NCBI GenBank assembly: GCA_964507695.1
Contig: CAZDSC010000008.1
Coordinates: 1 to 56,888 of the forward strand
Direction of reading: 5' to 3'
DNA: 56,888 nucleotides
Source of the DNA: an uncultured Pirellulaceae bacterium
GTDB lineage: Bacteria; Planctomycetota; Planctomycetia; Pirellulales; Pirellulaceae
Part shown: one piece after another, positions 54,694-56,888 of the stretch
Layout: each line of letters begins with the position of its first letter
Numbering within the stretch: position 1 is the first letter of the stretch
The notes under the pieces: model-generated
Told to the model about the DNA's origin: nothing
What the model saw: the letters and a program-made list of their open reading frames with translations, nothing else
The model's database searches: none
Translations under genes and position numbers: made by a program

Positions 54694-56888
54694 TGAATTG
54701 GACGCACGCAAAACGAATCGCCTGGAAAGACTATCGTCGGCTGGTCGGTCTATGGGTGGCGCTGGTTTTGATCTGGGGCCTGGGGCTCGGGTATTCACTC
54801 TTTTCGGCGTTCTGGTTGAATATGTCTACCGGCAGGTTGCCCTCGGTCATGACCGCCATCGACGCGATTTTGGTGACGACGGTGTTCTATGTTTTGGGGT
54901 GGGCGGCGATCACGTACTCAGCCGAACACGAGGAACGAACCTACGGATACTTGCGTTCCCTGCCGCTCAGCCCAACCAGTCTCTTTTACGGCAAGCTGCT
55001 ATGGGGAGTCCCCAGTGCATTGTTGCTGATTGTTGCGCTGGCACTGCTGTGCCTTGGGTTTGCGTTGGTGCATCCATCGACGGCGAGGCCGTTGTCGCGT
55101 GAGCTTCCTGACGTCATCGCATCGACAATGACATGGTTGGGTTTGTTGCCACTGGCGATGGCCTCCGGGTTGTTTTGGTCGATGAGGCTCAAACGGCCGC
55201 TGGTTTCGGTGGGTGTCGCCGGGCTTTCGATGGTCATTACGACATACGTCTGCTACGCGGTGTTCTATCTGGTGATCAACACCTTTTACGGGACGGGCTG
55301 GCGATGGGATTCTGCGTCTGATATCGCCTGTGCCCTATTGTTGTTTGCCGTTGCTGCCACCCTATTTGTCGTGGATCGATTTCAGGTTAGCAGCTGGTTA
55401 CCGACGTTCCAGTCTGCCGTCGCGGGGACCACCGCGGCACCTGTGCAGGTTGCAAAACGCAGGGCTCGCCTCGGATACATCCAGCAGAGTCGCCCTTGGC
55501 TGAAGCGTTTGCTGTTCATCCAGGATCGCTTTGTCGCCTTCGCCTCGATCGGGTTGGTCTGTGTTTGTGCAATCGTCTGGTCATTCAGCATGCGACTCGG
55601 TATGTGGATACCAATTCTCGCGGGGCTGCTGGGGACGCTGGTGTTTCGTCCAGAACACGACGACAAACGTTACCGGTTTCTTGCGCAGATCGGCGTGCCC
55701 GCTTTTCCCTACTGGATATCGCGGCTGCTGGTGCCCTTCGTGGCTGCGGGCATTGTCGCCTTTCAGGTGCTGGGAATCATGACGGCACACACGACTGCGT
55801 CCAACGCGGCCGGGGCCAATGCATGGAACTACGGGCCGTATGTCGCGATTGCCGTCCTGGCCTATTTCAGTGTGGGACAATTCTGTTCGATTGCTTTTGC
55901 CAGCCCGGTGATTGCGTTTGGCATGTCGGCCTTTGCGATGGTGATCTGTGGTTTGTGGCTGACGATCTGCGCGCTGATCGACGTTTCGTTCCTGTGGGCG
56001 CTGCTGCCGACACTCGGCTTTCCATTGCTGGCCAGTTACCTGAGGGTCTCGCGGTGGTTTCGCGATACGGGGAGTTGGCGGCAGTGGGTGATTCCGGCGA
56101 TTCCCATCATGGCTCTGCTGGTTGCCGTTCCAGCAGGAACGGCGTTTTGGAGGATCAACGCCATTCCACCGATGAACTTGCCCGAGCCGTTGGCCGTGCG
56201 CCCGCAGCCTACGGTTGCTCAGGTCTTGGGGGAGAATGCCTATCGATCGTTGTTGCGCGAGAAGTTTCCGATGCTGGTTCGCAGCGACGAGCCCAGCGAT
56301 GTGTGGGAGCGAGTTGAGTACTACATGGCTACCTCGCCCCTGATCCGCTCGCAAATTGACGACCTCACGGCCGAAGATGCGGCACGCACACCAGCAGACG
56401 ACGAACGCGAATTTGTGGACGAGTTCGTCAAGGCGACGAAAAATCCGGCCATCTTCCCACGCGAGTATGCCGACATTGCTTCAAACTTCAATGAACCGTC
56501 GCTGGTTGCCACCGCAGTACTGCTGAAACGGGCCGCTCAGCTGACGGACGAAGGTCAGCTTGATGAGGCGATGGAATTGTACAAGGCCGGATTGCGATTC
56601 GCTCGACACCGCAACGACGGCTACTCCGGATTTTTGGGAGTGGTATACGGCGGGGTCGTCGAAACCGGCGTCTGTCGGCAACTGGTGCAGTGGGCTATGC
56701 ACCCGGATAACAGTGCAGAGAATATCGAATCCATGGCCGCATTTCTGGAAGAGTATCGCAATGGCCGACCACCGCTGACGGAACCAGTTGTCGGTGCGTA
56801 TCACTGGTATAGCGACTCCTTTCAGAACTCGTTTGCTCTGGAGCGACAGTTGCGGCACGGTACAACAAAGCACACAAGAAACCGTAAA
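54693..56888 (+). CDS. ABC-2-type permease with duplicated membrane module and C-terminal soluble domain (partial; continues past the window end)
   Basis: This ORF is not in the supplied track because it has no stop. The ATG at 54693 shares one nucleotide with the ATPase stop (TGATG), and the frame stays open for 732 codons to the window edge. My own translation gives two polytopic modules, each carrying an E-H-[ED]-[ED]-[RK]-x-Y-x(1,2)-L motif (SAEHEERTYGYLRSLPLSP and RPEHDDKRYRFLAQIGVP). A soluble, TPR-like helical region follows. Confidence 0.7.
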   Translation, partial: MNWTHAKRIAWKDYRRLVGLWVALVLIWGLGLGYSLFSAFWLNMSTGRLPSVMTAIDAILVTTVFYVLGWAAITYSAEHEERTYGYLRSLPLSPTSLFYGKLLWGVPSALLLIVALALLCLGFALVHPSTARPLSRELPDVIASTMTWLGLLPLAMASGLFWSMRLKRPLVSVGVAGLSMVITTYVCYAVFYLVINTFYGTGWRWDSASDIACALLLFAVAATLFVVDRFQVSSWLPTFQSAVAGTTAAPVQVAKRRARLGYIQQSRPWLKRLLFIQDRFVAFASIGLVCVCAIVWSFSMRLGMWIPILAGLLGTLVFRPEHDDKRYRFLAQIGVPAFPYWISRLLVPFVAAGIVAFQVLGIMTAHTTASNAAGANAWNYGPYVAIAVLAYFSVGQFCSIAFASPVIAFGMSAFAMVICGLWLTICALIDVSFLWALLPTLGFPLLASYLRVSRWFRDTGSWRQWVIPAIPIMALLVAVPAGTAFWRINAIPPMNLPEPLAVRPQPTVAQVLGENAYRSLLREKFPMLVRSDEPSDVWERVEYYMATSPLIRSQIDDLTAEDAARTPADDEREFVDEFVKATKNPAIFPREYADIASNFNEPSLVATAVLLKRAAQLTDEGQLDEAMELYKAGLRFARHRNDGYSGFLGVVYGGVVETGVCRQLVQWAMHPDNSAENIESMAAFLEEYRNGRPPLTEPVVGAYHWYSDSFQNSFALERQLRHGTTKHTRNRK

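Overview
This is a 56.9-kb chromosomal window, roughly mid-50s % GC by eye. The gene content points to Planctomycetota, probably Pirellulales-like (inference): a DUF1559 prepilin-type protein, DUF1501, dockerin-repeat and PEP-CTERM secreted proteins, TPR-CHAT, and many GTG/TTG starts. In order, the window holds tRNA-Glu and csrA, then a 13.5-kb respiratory complex I locus. That locus runs nuoI, DUF2203, nuoA-C-D, nuoH-J-K-L-M-N, small ORF, with no nuoB and no nuoEFG, and its membrane subunits carry large insertions (NuoL is 1000 aa with His/Asp/Gly-rich segments). Next come holB-tmk, a PEP-CTERM/dockerin protein, DUF1559, a YjhG/YagF-type dehydratase, a methyltransferase, a small lipoprotein and a secreted TPR-CHAT protein. 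A five-gene minus-strand cluster follows (MarR, Tat-pirin, pirin, DoxX, nitroreductase) with three copies of the perfect palindrome TTACATGTAA. After that come DUF3472, a large dockerin protein, cmoB-cmoA, two esterases flanking a PQQ-type propeller, a TolC-like lipoprotein, NIPSNAP, a triple-repeat secreted protein, pcp, an LRR protein, a TPR lipoprotein, DUF1501, a cupin and ligA. A YtrA-type GntR/ABC operon ends the window, and its permease gene runs off the right edge. I saw no rRNA, CRISPR array, cas gene, transposase, integrase or phage gene, and no recognisable defence or mobile system. Three things stand out. (i) The complex I locus is remodelled. (ii) The MarR cluster carries a candidate operator. 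(iii) All six convergent (tail-to-tail) gene junctions carry a short, locally unique, degenerate tandem direct-repeat array. Start codons are best guesses. Family calls rest on motif recognition by eye, not database searches.
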